Source: Myxococcota bacterium
GTDB lineage: Bacteria; Myxococcota_A; Polyangia; Polyangiales; Houyiibacteriaceae
DNA: 48,714 nt
Direction of reading: 5' to 3'
Assembly (NCBI GenBank): GCA_039814655.1
Contig: JBCCAW010000001.1
Location: 1 to 48,714 of the forward strand
How positions within the stretch are numbered: the stretch's first letter is position 1; every line of letters starts with the position of its first letter. Of the stretch, positions 25,632-34,561 are shown one piece after another. Under the pieces are notes generated by a model. It made no database searches. It saw only the letters and a list, made by a program, of their open reading frames with translations, and was not told the DNA's origin. The translations under genes were made by a program, and so were the position numbers.

Positions 25632-27274
25632 CGAGCCCGACCGACACCGCCGCCTGGGCCGCCCTCGCGGCGCACCACGCCGAGATCGCCCCGCGCCAGC
25701 TGCGCGAGCTCTTCGCCGAGGACCCGGGCCGGGCCGCGCGAATGACGCATCGTCTGGACGACTTCCTCGTCGACCTGTCGAAGAACCGGGCCACGGAAGA
25801 GACCTTTTCGCGCCTGCTCGCGCTCGCCGAGGCCCGGGGGCTGCCGGCGGCCATCGAGGCCATGTTCTCGGGTCAGCGCATCAACGTCACCGAGGACCGC
25901 GCCGTGCTGCACGTCGCGCTTCGCGCCGACGCGCCGATGGCCTTCGAGGGCCGCGACGTCGTGGTGGACGTCCACGAGGTGCTCGGCCGCATGCGCACCT
26001 TCACCACGGCGCTTCGCGACGGGAGCCACCTGGGGCACACGGGCCAGACGTTCACCGACGTCGTCAACATCGGCATCGGAGGCTCGGACCTCGGCCCGCT
26101 CATGGTCTGCGAAGCGCTCAAGCCCTTTTGGCGTGAGGACCTCACCCCGCACTTCGTGAGCAACGTCGACGGCGCGCACCTCGCCGAGACGCTGAAGCGC
26201 CTGGACCCGGAGCGGACGCTCTTCATCATCGCGTCGAAGACCTTCACCACGCAGGAGACGCTCACCAACGCGCGCAGCGCTCGGGCCTGGCTCGTGGACG
26301 AGCTCGGCGACGAGAGCGCCGTCGCAAAGCACTTCGTGGCCGTGAGCACCAACCGGCAGGGCGTCGCGGACTTCGGCATCGACGCCGAGCGGAACATGTT
26401 CGGCTTCTGGGATTGGGTCGGCGGCCGCTACAGCCTCTGGAGCGCCATTGGTCTGCCCATCGCGTGCGCCGTGGGCATGGACGCCTTCGAGGAGCTCCTG
26501 GCCGGCGCGCGCCGCATGGACGCGCACTTTCGCTCGGCGCCGCTCGCCGAGAACCTCCCCGTGCTCCTTGGGCTCCTGGGCGTCTGGTACGCCAACTTCT
26601 TCGGCGCCGAGACCTTCGCGGTGCTGCCCTACGACCAGTCGCTCCATCGCCTGCCGGCCTGGCTTCAGCAGGGCGACATGGAGAGCAACGGCAAGCGCGT
26701 GCGCAAGGACGGCACGCAGGTCCGTGGCTACACGACGGGGCCCATCGTCTGGGGCGAGCCCGGGACCAACGGGCAGCACGCCTTCTACCAGCTGCTGCAC
26801 CAGGGCACGCGACTCGTGCCCGCGGACTTCATGGCGCCGCTGCACGCGCAGCATGCGCTCGGCGACCACCACGACAAGCTCCTGGCGAACCTGCTCGCCC
26901 AGACCGAGGCGCTGATGATCGGCAAGACCGAGGCCGAGGCCCGGGCCGAGCTCGAGGCGGCGGGCATGCGCGGCGAGGCCCTCGAGGCGCTCGTCCCGCA
27001 CAAGGTCTTCGAGGGCAACCGCCCCACGAACACGATCCTCTTCGACCGCCTCGACGCGAAGACGCTGGGCACGCTGCTCGCGCTCTACGAGCACCGCATC
27101 TTCGTGCAGGGCGTAATCTGGGGCGTGAACAGCTTCGACCAGTGGGGCGTCGAGCTCGGCAAGCAGCTCGCCAAGAAGATCCTCCCGGAGCTGAGCGGCG
27201 ACGCGCCGGCGGGCGGTCACGACGCCTCCACGAACGCCCTCGTGGCCCACGTGCGGAGCGCCCGCCGGGGTTGA
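25628..27274 (+). CDS. pgi: Glucose-6-phosphate isomerase
   Basis: Track ORF 23996..27274 trimmed to MRMTSPTD (ATG at 25622 or 25628). Collinear with E. coli Pgi as recalled: DYSKNR-like [61 protein letters not shown] and [10 protein letters not shown]. Confidence 0.95.
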   Translation: MTSPTDTAAWAALAAHHAEIAPRQLRELFAEDPGRAARMTHRLDDFLVDLSKNRATEETFSRLLALAEARGLPAAIEAMFSGQRINVTEDRAVLHVALRADAPMAFEGRDVVVDVHEVLGRMRTFTTALRDGSHLGHTGQTFTDVVNIGIGGSDLGPLMVCEALKPFWREDLTPHFVSNVDGAHLAETLKRLDPERTLFIIASKTFTTQETLTNARSARAWLVDELGDESAVAKHFVAVSTNRQGVADFGIDAERNMFGFWDWVGGRYSLWSAIGLPIACAVGMDAFEELLAGARRMDAHFRSAPLAENLPVLLGLLGVWYANFFGAETFAVLPYDQSLHRLPAWLQQGDMESNGKRVRKDGTQVRGYTTGPIVWGEPGTNGQHAFYQLLHQGTRLVPADFMAPLHAQHALGDHHDKLLANLLAQTEALMIGKTEAEARAELEAAGMRGEALEALVPHKVFEGNRPTNTILFDRLDAKTLGTLLALYEHRIFVQGVIWGVNSFDQWGVELGKQLAKKILPELSGDAPAGGHDASTNALVAHVRSARRG

Positions 27275-27317
27275 AAGGCGCCCGACGCCCGCAGGCGCCG
27301 TGCTCTACTGGCGCGTC

Positions 27318-30050
27318 ATGAGCAGGGAGCACGAGCGCTTGGCTGAGGCCGACGCGGGCCGGCGGCGCTGGCGGCGCTGGGGGCCCTACGTGAGCGAGCG
27401 CCAGTGGGGCACGGTGCGCGAGGACTTGAGCCCCGAAGGCGCCGCCTGGGAGTTCTTTCCCCACGACCACGCGCGCTCTCGGGCGTACCTGCGCGGGGAA
27501 GACGGGCTCGCGGGCATCTGCGATGACCGGCAGTTTCTCTGCTTCGCCCTCGCGCTGCACAACGGGGTGGATCCGATCCTGAAGGAGCGCCTCTTCGGGC
27601 TTACGAACTCCGAAGGCAACCACGGCGAGGACGTCAAAGAACTCTACTACTACCTCGATTCGACGCCGACGCATTCCTACATGCGGTACCTCTACAAGTA
27701 CCCGCAGGCGCCCTTTCCTTACGGCGACCTCGTCGGCACGAACGCGCGCCGTTCGCGCCGCGAGCCCGAGTACGAGCTGCTCCATACGGGCGTGTTCGAC
27801 GAAGACCGCTACTTCGACGTCGAGGTCGAATACGCCAAGGCCGGGCCCGAGGACATTCTCATCCGCATCACGGCGACCAACCGCGGGCCCGCCGCGGCGC
27901 CGCTCGTCGTTCTTCCAACGCTCTGGTTCCGTAACCGGTGGAAGCGGGCGCCCACGCATGGTGGGCGCGCTACCCCGCGCCCGCGCATGCACGCCGTAGG
28001 TCATCGCGTGGTCGCCGACCACTACCGCCTCGGCCTGCGCCAGCTCCGCTGCGACCGGCCCGAGGCGCGGCTCCTCTTCTGCGAAAACGAGACCAACACC
28101 TGGCGTCTCTTCGGGACCCCAAACGGCTGGGCCCATCCCAAGGACGCCTTCGACGACTACGTAGTTCGCGGGCGCCAGAGCGCCGTGAACCCACGCGCGG
28201 AAGGGACCAAGGCCGCCTACTGCGTCCGCATGATGCTCGCCCCCGGCGCGAGCGAGACCGTGCGGCTTCGCCTCGAGCCCGGCGACCACCCGGGGCTCAT
28301 GCCGCGCACGGACTTCGACGGCCTCGTCGCGACGCGCCGCGGCGAGGCCGACGACTTTTATGCGGCCATCACGAGCCCGGCCCTCGACGCGGACGAGAAG
28401 CGCGTCTTCCGCCAGGCCATGGCCGGCATGCTCTGGTCGAAGCAGTACTACACCTTCGACGTTTCGGGCTGGCTGGAGCAGCGCGGCCAGCATCCGCTTC
28501 GCGAGCCGCATCCCGAGGTCCCGGGGCGGAACGCGGACTGGTTTCACATGGTGAACGCCGACGTGATCTCCATGCCGGACAAGTGGGAATACCCCTGGTA
28601 CGCGGCCTGGGATCTCGCCTTTCATTGTGCGGCCATGGCGCGCATCGACATCGGTTTCGCCAAGGAACAGATGCTGCTGATGCTCTCGGAGCGCTATCAG
28701 CACCCCAACGGGCAGATCCCCGCCTACGAGTGGGCCTTCGGCGACGTGAACCCGCCGGTGCATGCCTGGGCCACGCTCTTTCTCCACTTCGTCGAGAAGA
28801 CCCTCGGCGGCGGCGAGGGGGATACGGAGTTTCTCTCGCGGAGCTTCCAGAAGCTCGTGGTGAACTTCACCTGGTGGGTGAACCGCACGGACCCGCGCGG
28901 CGCGAACGTCTTCGCCGGCGGCTTCCTCGGCCTGGACAACATCGGCGTCTTCGACCGCTCCGCGCCGCTCCCCACCGGCGGCTTTCTCGAGCAGGCCGAC
29001 GGCACCGCGTGGATGGCGCTCTACTGCTTGAACATGCTCGAGATGGCCCTCGAGCTCGGGCAGGACGACCCGGCCATGGAGGACATGGCCATCAAGTTCG
29101 CCGAGCACTTCCTCTGGATCGCCGTCGCCATGAACCAGCAGCACCTCTGGGACGAAGAGGACGGGTTCTTCTACGACGTGCTTCGCATGCCGGACGGGCA
29201 CCCGGAGCGGCTCAAGGTGCGCTCCTTCGTGGGCCTCCTTCCCTTCTGCGCCGTGCTCGTGCTCGAGAAGGAGACCCTCGACCGCTACCCGCAGATCGTC
29301 CGGCGCATCACGCGCTTTCTCGGGGCCTACCCGGAGCTCGTGGGCGCCGTGCATCCCCTCGACCGGCCCGGCGTGGAGGGGCGCCGGCTCCTCAGCGTGC
29401 TCGACGAGACCTCCCTCCGTCGCGTGCTCGCGCGGCTCCTCGACCCGGAGGAGTTCCTCGGCGACTACGGCATTCGCTCGCTCTCGCGCGCGCATCGCGA
29501 CGACCCCTTCGTGCTCGAGCACGAAGGGGTCGAGTACCGCGTCGACTATGAGCCGGCGGACTCGACCTCGGAGACCTTCGGCGGCAACTCGAACTGGCGC
29601 GGGCCCATCTGGGCGCCGATCAACGCGCTCATCGTCCGGACGCTCATCCAGCTCCACGCCTACTGGGGCGACGAGTTTCAGGTCGAGTGCCCCACGGGCT
29701 CCGGCCAGCACATGAACCTCTTCGAGGTGGCCGCGATGATCGCCGGACGCCTCGCGTCGATCTTCACCCGGGATCCGGACACGGGCCGCCGCGCGGTCTT
29801 CGGCGACGACGAGAAGCTCCAGCTGGACCCGCACTTCCGGGACCATCTGCTCTTCTACGAGTACTTCCACGGCGACGACGGGCGCGGCATCGGCGCGTCG
29901 CACCAGACCGGGTGGACGGGCCTCGTGGCGCTCATGCTCGAGCTCTTCGCGGAGATGAGCGGCGAGTCGGTGATCAAGAAGGGCCGCGTCGCCATGGCCA
30001 GCCACGTGGGCACGCGCGCCCGCAAGCGCGGCACGCCGCGGGACCGTTAG
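27318..30050 (+). CDS. GH63-like (MGH1-type) glycoside hydrolase
   Basis: MSREHERL... from ATG 27318. Motifs WGPYVSERQWGTVREDLS, KERLFGLTNSEGNHGEDVKELYYYLD, WEYPWYAAWDLAFH and GNSNWRGPIWAPIN. Confidence 0.9.
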   Translation: MSREHERLAEADAGRRRWRRWGPYVSERQWGTVREDLSPEGAAWEFFPHDHARSRAYLRGEDGLAGICDDRQFLCFALALHNGVDPILKERLFGLTNSEGNHGEDVKELYYYLDSTPTHSYMRYLYKYPQAPFPYGDLVGTNARRSRREPEYELLHTGVFDEDRYFDVEVEYAKAGPEDILIRITATNRGPAAAPLVVLPTLWFRNRWKRAPTHGGRATPRPRMHAVGHRVVADHYRLGLRQLRCDRPEARLLFCENETNTWRLFGTPNGWAHPKDAFDDYVVRGRQSAVNPRAEGTKAAYCVRMMLAPGASETVRLRLEPGDHPGLMPRTDFDGLVATRRGEADDFYAAITSPALDADEKRVFRQAMAGMLWSKQYYTFDVSGWLEQRGQHPLREPHPEVPGRNADWFHMVNADVISMPDKWEYPWYAAWDLAFHCAAMARIDIGFAKEQMLLMLSERYQHPNGQIPAYEWAFGDVNPPVHAWATLFLHFVEKTLGGGEGDTEFLSRSFQKLVVNFTWWVNRTDPRGANVFAGGFLGLDNIGVFDRSAPLPTGGFLEQADGTAWMALYCLNMLEMALELGQDDPAMEDMAIKFAEHFLWIAVAMNQQHLWDEEDGFFYDVLRMPDGHPERLKVRSFVGLLPFCAVLVLEKETLDRYPQIVRRITRFLGAYPELVGAVHPLDRPGVEGRRLLSVLDETSLRRVLARLLDPEEFLGDYGIRSLSRAHRDDPFVLEHEGVEYRVDYEPADSTSETFGGNSNWRGPIWAPINALIVRTLIQLHAYWGDEFQVECPTGSGQHMNLFEVAAMIAGRLASIFTRDPDTGRRAVFGDDEKLQLDPHFRDHLLFYEYFHGDDGRGIGASHQTGWTGLVALMLELFAEMSGESVIKKGRVAMASHVGTRARKRGTPRDR

Positions 30051-30069
30051 CGCTAGCGCCCCGCGGTAC

Positions 30070-30765
30070 TTGGCGCCGCGCTTCTTGGAGCCAGCCCGTG
30101 CCCGGCACTACGGTCCGCCGGTGCGCGCCTTCGACGAGGTACGGGGTGAAGGGCTGGTGAAGCTCTACGGCCGGACGCGTGCGCTCGCCGGCGTGGACCT
30201 CACGCTCCGCGCCGGTGAGGTGACGGTCATCGAGGGCCCCAACGGCTCGGGCAAGAGCACGCTGCTCGCGCTCCTCTCGCTGGAAGCGCGGCCCACGCGC
30301 GGGTCCCTGCGCTACGGCGAGCGCGAGGGGCAGCGGGAACGCCGCCGCCTGCGCCGTCACATCGGTCTGCTCTCGCATCAGCCCATGCTCTACCCGGACC
30401 TGAACGCGCAGGAGAACCTCGCCTTCTTCGCCGGTCTGCTCGGCGTGGGCGCGGCGCGCGTCGCGCAGCTCCGCGAGCGCTTCGAGGTCGGGGCCTACGG
30501 CGAGCGCCCGGTGCGGACCTACTCCCGCGGCCAGCTCCAGCGCGTGGCCCTGGCCCGGGCGCTCCTCGGCGAGCCCTCGCTGCTGCTCCTCGACGAGCCC
30601 TCCACCGGTCTGGACAGCCGTGGCGTGGCGCGCCTCGAAGAGGCCGTGGCTACCGAACGGGAGCGCGGGGCCATCGTCGCCCTCGTCACGCACGACGCGC
30701 GCTTCGCCGACGCCCTTGCCGACGCGCGCGTATCCTTGCGCCGGGGAAAGCGGCAGGCGGCATGA
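30070..30765 (+). CDS. ccmA: Haem exporter ATP-binding protein CcmA-like
   Basis: Walker A GPNGSGKST, signature YSRGQLQR and Walker B LLLLDEP. The gene overlaps the ccmB start by 4 nt. The start is uncertain (TTG 30070 or GTG 30121). Confidence 0.8.
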   Translation: MAPRFLEPARARHYGPPVRAFDEVRGEGLVKLYGRTRALAGVDLTLRAGEVTVIEGPNGSGKSTLLALLSLEARPTRGSLRYGEREGQRERRRLRRHIGLLSHQPMLYPDLNAQENLAFFAGLLGVGAARVAQLRERFEVGAYGERPVRTYSRGQLQRVALARALLGEPSLLLLDEPSTGLDSRGVARLEEAVATERERGAIVALVTHDARFADALADARVSLRRGKRQAA

Positions 30766-31481
30766 GCCAGGGCCTCGGGGCCGGATGGGGCGAGGGGTGG
30801 CGCGCCACGCTCCGCGGCGCGGTCGCCGTGTTCCGCAAGGACCTCCGCATCGAGCTCCGGACCCGCGACGTGACGACGACGACGACGCTCTTCGGCGTGC
30901 TCGTGGTCGTGATCGCCAGCCTGAGCTTCTATCTCGATCCGATCCTGGCCCGGAAGATCGCGCCCGGCGTGCTCTGGGTCGCCATCGCCTTCGGCGGGCT
31001 GCTGGCCATGGGCCGGGGCTGGGCCCGGGAGCGTGAGCTCGGCGCCTTTCGAGGGCTGCTCCTGGCGCCGGTGCCGCGCTCTGCGCTCTTTCTGGGCAAG
31101 GCCGCCTCGCACCTCCTCTTTCTCCTCGCGGTGGAGCTGGTGCTGCTGCCGCTGGTGGCCCTCTTCTTCCACCTGGACCTCACGCAGGTCTTTGGGCCGC
31201 TCGCCGTGCTGCTGCTGCTGGGAAGCACCGGCTTCGTGCTCGCGGGGACGCTCTTCGGCGCGCTCACGGTGCGCAGCGGCGCCCGGGACCTCGCGCTCAG
31301 CGTCGTGGTCTTTCCGCTCATCACGCCCGCGCTGCTCGGCGGCGTTTCGGCCACGCGGCAAGTGCTCGTGAACGGCGCCGGCCTCGGCGACCTGGTCGGC
31401 TGGGTGCAGGTGCTGCTCGCCTTCGATCTCGTCTTTCTCGCGGCGGGCACGATGCTCTTCGACGTGCTTCTCAGCGATTGA
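30762..31481 (+). CDS. ccmB: Haem exporter permease CcmB
   Basis: Six hydrophobic helices. IAPGVLWVAIAFGGLLAMGRGWARERELGAFRGLLLAPVP parallels E. coli CcmB IAPGIIWVAALLSSLLALERLFRDDLQDGSLEQLMLLPLP, as recalled. Confidence 0.85.
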   Translation: MSQGLGAGWGEGWRATLRGAVAVFRKDLRIELRTRDVTTTTTLFGVLVVVIASLSFYLDPILARKIAPGVLWVAIAFGGLLAMGRGWARERELGAFRGLLLAPVPRSALFLGKAASHLLFLLAVELVLLPLVALFFHLDLTQVFGPLAVLLLLGSTGFVLAGTLFGALTVRSGARDLALSVVVFPLITPALLGGVSATRQVLVNGAGLGDLVGWVQVLLAFDLVFLAAGTMLFDVLLSD

Positions 31482-31679
31482 TCCGTCGACCCGAACGGTC
31501 GTTCGCACGAGACCTACCTCGAGTTCCCGGTGGTCGAGCAAGGGCAGGCGCGCTTCCGGCTCTCGCTGACCCCGGACCACGACGAGGCAACGCTCGAGCG
31601 AGCCCTCGACATCCTCGTGGCCTCGCTGGCCACGGCCGAGAGCGAGCTCGCCGGTGACGTCGCGGCGGTCGCGAGCTGA
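31482..31679 (+). pseudogene. 3' remnant of an alpha-oxoamine synthase (BioF/Kbl-like PLP enzyme) gene
   Basis: A stop-to-stop frame with no ATG follows the ccmB TGA directly. It reads SVDPNGRSHETYLEFPVVEQGQARFRLSLTPDHDEATLERALDILVASLATAESELAGDVAAVAS*. This matches the C-terminal P(T/V)VPxGxAR(L/I)R...H...(I/L)(D/E)R.L(E/D).L block of BioF/Kbl. About 330 N-terminal codons are missing. Confidence 0.55.
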
Positions 31680-31769
31680 GCGTCGGCGCGGCGGCGCCGC
31701 CACGACGCCTTGCTCGATGCGTGGGCGGCGCCGTTGGCGACGGGACGCGGTCCGGGCGATGCTGACCGC

Positions 31770-32858
31770 GTGGACTGGGCCCAACGTGTGTGTCTCGCGC
31801 TGGCGCTGGTGCCTGCCGGCGCCTGCTACCAAAGCGTAGTGACCGGCGGCGACGCTGGTGCGCCGAGCGACGCGCCGGCCGCGCCGGCCGTGGCGGGACT
31901 CTCCGCCGGGGATGACCATTCGTGTCTCCTGCTCACGACGGGTCGCGTGGTCTGCTGGGGACATCTGCGCGCGGCCGAGGCCTGGCCGGAGGAGCTCATC
32001 GGCGCGGCGCTCTTCGATGGGAGCTGCGTGTCCCTCCGGGGCGGAGGCTCCGACTGCGGCGGCGCCGCGGGCCCCACGAACTACGCGCTCCGGGAGCGGT
32101 CGCTGCGCGACGCGAGCGGCTCCGAGCGCCTCTGCGTCGTCGACGACGCGGGCACGCTGAACTGCCGGCCGACGTCGATGGATGCCTTCGAGGAGGCCGC
32201 CCGGAACGTGCGCGCCGTCGCCACCGGCCGGGCCCACGTGTGCGTCCTCGCCGGGGACGGGCGCGTGCTCTGCCAAGGCGAGAACCTCGCGGGGCAATGC
32301 GGGCAGCCGCCTTCGGAGCGCGTGGAGGACTTCGCCGAGGTTCCCGGTCTCGGCGCCGTTCAGGGTCTCGCCGCGGGCGCCGAGCACACCTGCGTGCTCG
32401 TTGCGGGGCGCGTGAACTGCTGGGGCCGGCGCGCGGAAGGGGAGCTCGGCGACGACCGTTTGGACTTGCCGGCGAACTGCGGCCGGGCGCCGAGCCTCTT
32501 CGCCTGCACGCACGAGCCGCGCGAGGCCCTCGGGATTCGCGACGCGCTAGAGGTGACGGCCGGGCAGTTCCACACCTGCGTGCGCCGGGAGACGGGCGAG
32601 GTGCGCTGCTTTGGCAGCGACGCCTTCGAGCGCCTGGGCCTCGCGGGCGACGCGCCGAGCGTGTGCGGCGAGGCGCCCTGCTCCGGGCGCCCGCTCCCCG
32701 TCGAGGGGGTCACGAACGCCGAGTTCGTGAGCGCCGGCCGCTTCCATACCTGCGCGGCGAGCGCGCGCGAAGTGCGTTGCTGGGGCTCCGGCGCCGGCGC
32801 CCAGCTCGGGGAGCGCTTCCTCGAGCTGGACGAGCTCGTGGCGCGGCTGGGGCTTTGA
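31770..32858 (+). CDS. RCC1-like repeat (beta-propeller) secreted protein or lipoprotein
   Basis: Five or more repeats of the form G..H.C.L...G.V.CWG....GQLG, for example GDDHSCLLLTTGRVVCWG, GAEHTCVLVAGRVNCWGRRAEGELG and AGRFHTCAASAREVRCWGSGAGAQLG. The start is uncertain: GTG 31770 gives VDWAQRVCLALALVPAGAC, while the track start is TTG 31710. Confidence 0.8.
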   Translation: MDWAQRVCLALALVPAGACYQSVVTGGDAGAPSDAPAAPAVAGLSAGDDHSCLLLTTGRVVCWGHLRAAEAWPEELIGAALFDGSCVSLRGGGSDCGGAAGPTNYALRERSLRDASGSERLCVVDDAGTLNCRPTSMDAFEEAARNVRAVATGRAHVCVLAGDGRVLCQGENLAGQCGQPPSERVEDFAEVPGLGAVQGLAAGAEHTCVLVAGRVNCWGRRAEGELGDDRLDLPANCGRAPSLFACTHEPREALGIRDALEVTAGQFHTCVRRETGEVRCFGSDAFERLGLAGDAPSVCGEAPCSGRPLPVEGVTNAEFVSAGRFHTCAASAREVRCWGSGAGAQLGERFLELDELVARLGL

Positions 32859-32940
32859 CGCCCCGCGCCCCGTCGCGCCCGGTCGCGCACCGCACGCCTT
32901 CGGACCGCGTCGAGCCGCGCCGCCGGGCGGGCCTTTGCGC

Positions 32941-33156
32941 TCAATGAGCGCGCGCCGCGCTCATCTGGGCCTGGCGCGGCGCCTCCGCGCTCCAGGCGCC
33001 GACCTGCGCCTGCGCGTTCGCGCGCGCCGCCAGCGCGCTCATGCTCCCGGCGAGGAGCGCGCCGAAGAGGGCGATCACTCCCAGCACGACCCATGAAAGC
33101 CGCGCGCCGTGCAGCCCTTCGAGGGCCGGGGCGACGGTCGATTCCTCTGCGTGCAC
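32941..33156 (-). CDS. Possible small single-pass membrane protein
   Basis: GTG start. One hydrophobic helix, LSWVVLGVIALFGALLAGSMSAL. It fills an otherwise 350-bp convergent gap. There is no SD and no recognisable family, so this is a weak call. Confidence 0.3.
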   Translation of the reverse strand: MHAEESTVAPALEGLHGARLSWVVLGVIALFGALLAGSMSALAARANAQAQVGAWSAEAPRQAQMSAARAH

Positions 33157-33208
33157 CAGCGGATGTTACGACCGGGACCACGGTCCTTTGAGCCCCCCGG
33201 GCGTCTAG

Positions 33209-34465
33209 CTAGGGGAGGGCGCTCGTCTCCTCGAGGCTCTTGCCCTTCGTCTCCGGCAGGAATGCGAAGACGAGCACGACGGCCACGAGCAGGAAGGGCA
33301 CGGTGGAAAGCACGGCCGGCGCGAACTCGCCCGTGGACTCGATGATGGCGCCGACGGCCAGCGGTGAGAGCACGTAGCCCACACGGCCGAGAATGTTGTT
33401 CGCCCAGGCGAAGGCCGATCCCCGGAGCTCCGTGGGAAAGAGCTCCGTAGTGTAGCTGTTGAGCACGGGCAGGTAGGCCGTCGCCGTGAAGATGCCGAGC
33501 ACCATGGCGCCGATGAGCGCGACCTCGCTCGTCAGCGTGTAGCAGCCGGTGATGCCGAAGGCGCCGACGCCGAAGATCACCGCGGCGCCCCAGCGGCGAC
33601 CGAGCACGTCGATGAGCCGCCCGGCGCCGAAGACGAAGGGAATGGCGATGGGCGTGGCCAGGAAGATGACCCGCGCGGCCTCCGCGCCGGTCATGCCGAG
33701 GTCCGTCACCGCGTAGTCCTTCCACAGCGCGATGGCGTTCTGCGTCGGGATGTAGGTCACGAACCAGATGGCCGCGAGGCGGATGAGCCGGCCCTTGTAG
33801 GGCGTCTTCCAGATGGCGAAGAGCGAGCGGTGCTCCCGGGTCTCGCCCGTTCGGTCGAAGCGTTCCGTCTCCCGAAGGTTGCGCCGAGCGAAGCCCAGGA
33901 GGAGCAGCGGCGCCACGGCCACGAGGTATACGCTCCGCCAGCCGTAGGGCGTGTCGACGAGCATCGGCGTGAGCACGGCGCAGACGATGGAGCCGAGCGT
34001 GGAGCAGCCCTGGACCACGCCGATGATGAGGCCGCGGTTCTTGGCCGGGAACTCCTCGGCGACGATGACCATGCTGATGGCCCACTCCGCGAGGAGGAAG
34101 ATGCGCGCCACGAGCTGCGCCGTGCCGAAGGAGTAGATCTCCGGCGCGAGCCCCGAGAGCAGCGTCGCCACCGTGTAGCCGCCGATGGTGATCTGCAGCA
34201 TGCGCGTGCGGCCATAGCGGTCCGCCAAACGCACCAGGAAGAAGGCGAGCACGGCGCCGATGTTCACGAAGGCGATGAGGTATGCGCTCGCCTCCTTGGG
34301 CAGCCCCATGTCCTCCCGGAGCGCCGGCAAGACCTGGGTGATCGCGTAGAAATCGTAGCCCTCGAAGAAGGTCGCCACGCTCAGAAACGCGAGCAGCTTC
34401 CACTGGTACCCGCCAAGAGCGCCGCTCGCGTCTTCGCCACCGTCCGCGCCGGGAGTCTCGGTCAC
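33209..34465 (-). CDS. MFS transporter
   Basis: Starts at GTG 34465. Twelve hydrophobic helices. RLADRYGRTRML is the MFS loop 2-3 motif. Confidence 0.9.
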   Translation of the reverse strand: MTETPGADGGEDASGALGGYQWKLLAFLSVATFFEGYDFYAITQVLPALREDMGLPKEASAYLIAFVNIGAVLAFFLVRLADRYGRTRMLQITIGGYTVATLLSGLAPEIYSFGTAQLVARIFLLAEWAISMVIVAEEFPAKNRGLIIGVVQGCSTLGSIVCAVLTPMLVDTPYGWRSVYLVAVAPLLLLGFARRNLRETERFDRTGETREHRSLFAIWKTPYKGRLIRLAAIWFVTYIPTQNAIALWKDYAVTDLGMTGAEAARVIFLATPIAIPFVFGAGRLIDVLGRRWGAAVIFGVGAFGITGCYTLTSEVALIGAMVLGIFTATAYLPVLNSYTTELFPTELRGSAFAWANNILGRVGYVLSPLAVGAIIESTGEFAPAVLSTVPFLLVAVVLVFAFLPETKGKSLEETSALP

Positions 34466-34525
34466 GGCGGGACCCTACACCGGAACGGAGCCGAGGCCGG
34501 AAGCGGGCTTCGCCGGGAGCGCCGG

Positions 34526-34554
34526 TTGACTCGCGGGAGGTGCCGCGGGCTGAT
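34526..34554 (+). promoter_or_regulatory. Candidate sigma70-type promoter TTGACT-N17-GCTGAT, placing the TSS at or next to ATG 34562 (leaderless)
   Basis: The -35 element is at 34526-34531 and the -10-like element at 34549-34554, 7 nt before the ATG. No SD lies within 15 nt of the ATG. Confidence 0.25.
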
Positions 34555-34561
34555 CGGGCGC

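Noticed and set aside
31479-31679. Possibility that the ccmB TGA is read through or recoded (selenocysteine) to append the 65-codon in-frame extension.
   Set aside because: No SECIS-like hairpin was seen after the TGA. The extension is homologous to the C-terminus of an unrelated PLP enzyme, so a gene relic is the simpler explanation. The same frame could arise by chance with probability 1 in 3.
32944-32964. Palindrome ATGAGCGCG-CGC-CGCGCTCAT between the RCC1-like and MFS genes, considered as an intrinsic terminator.
   Set aside because: It has 9-bp arms but only a 3-nt loop, and no U-tract on either strand. It also lies inside the weak small-ORF call 32941..33156. It is noted mainly as a reason for caution about that ORF.
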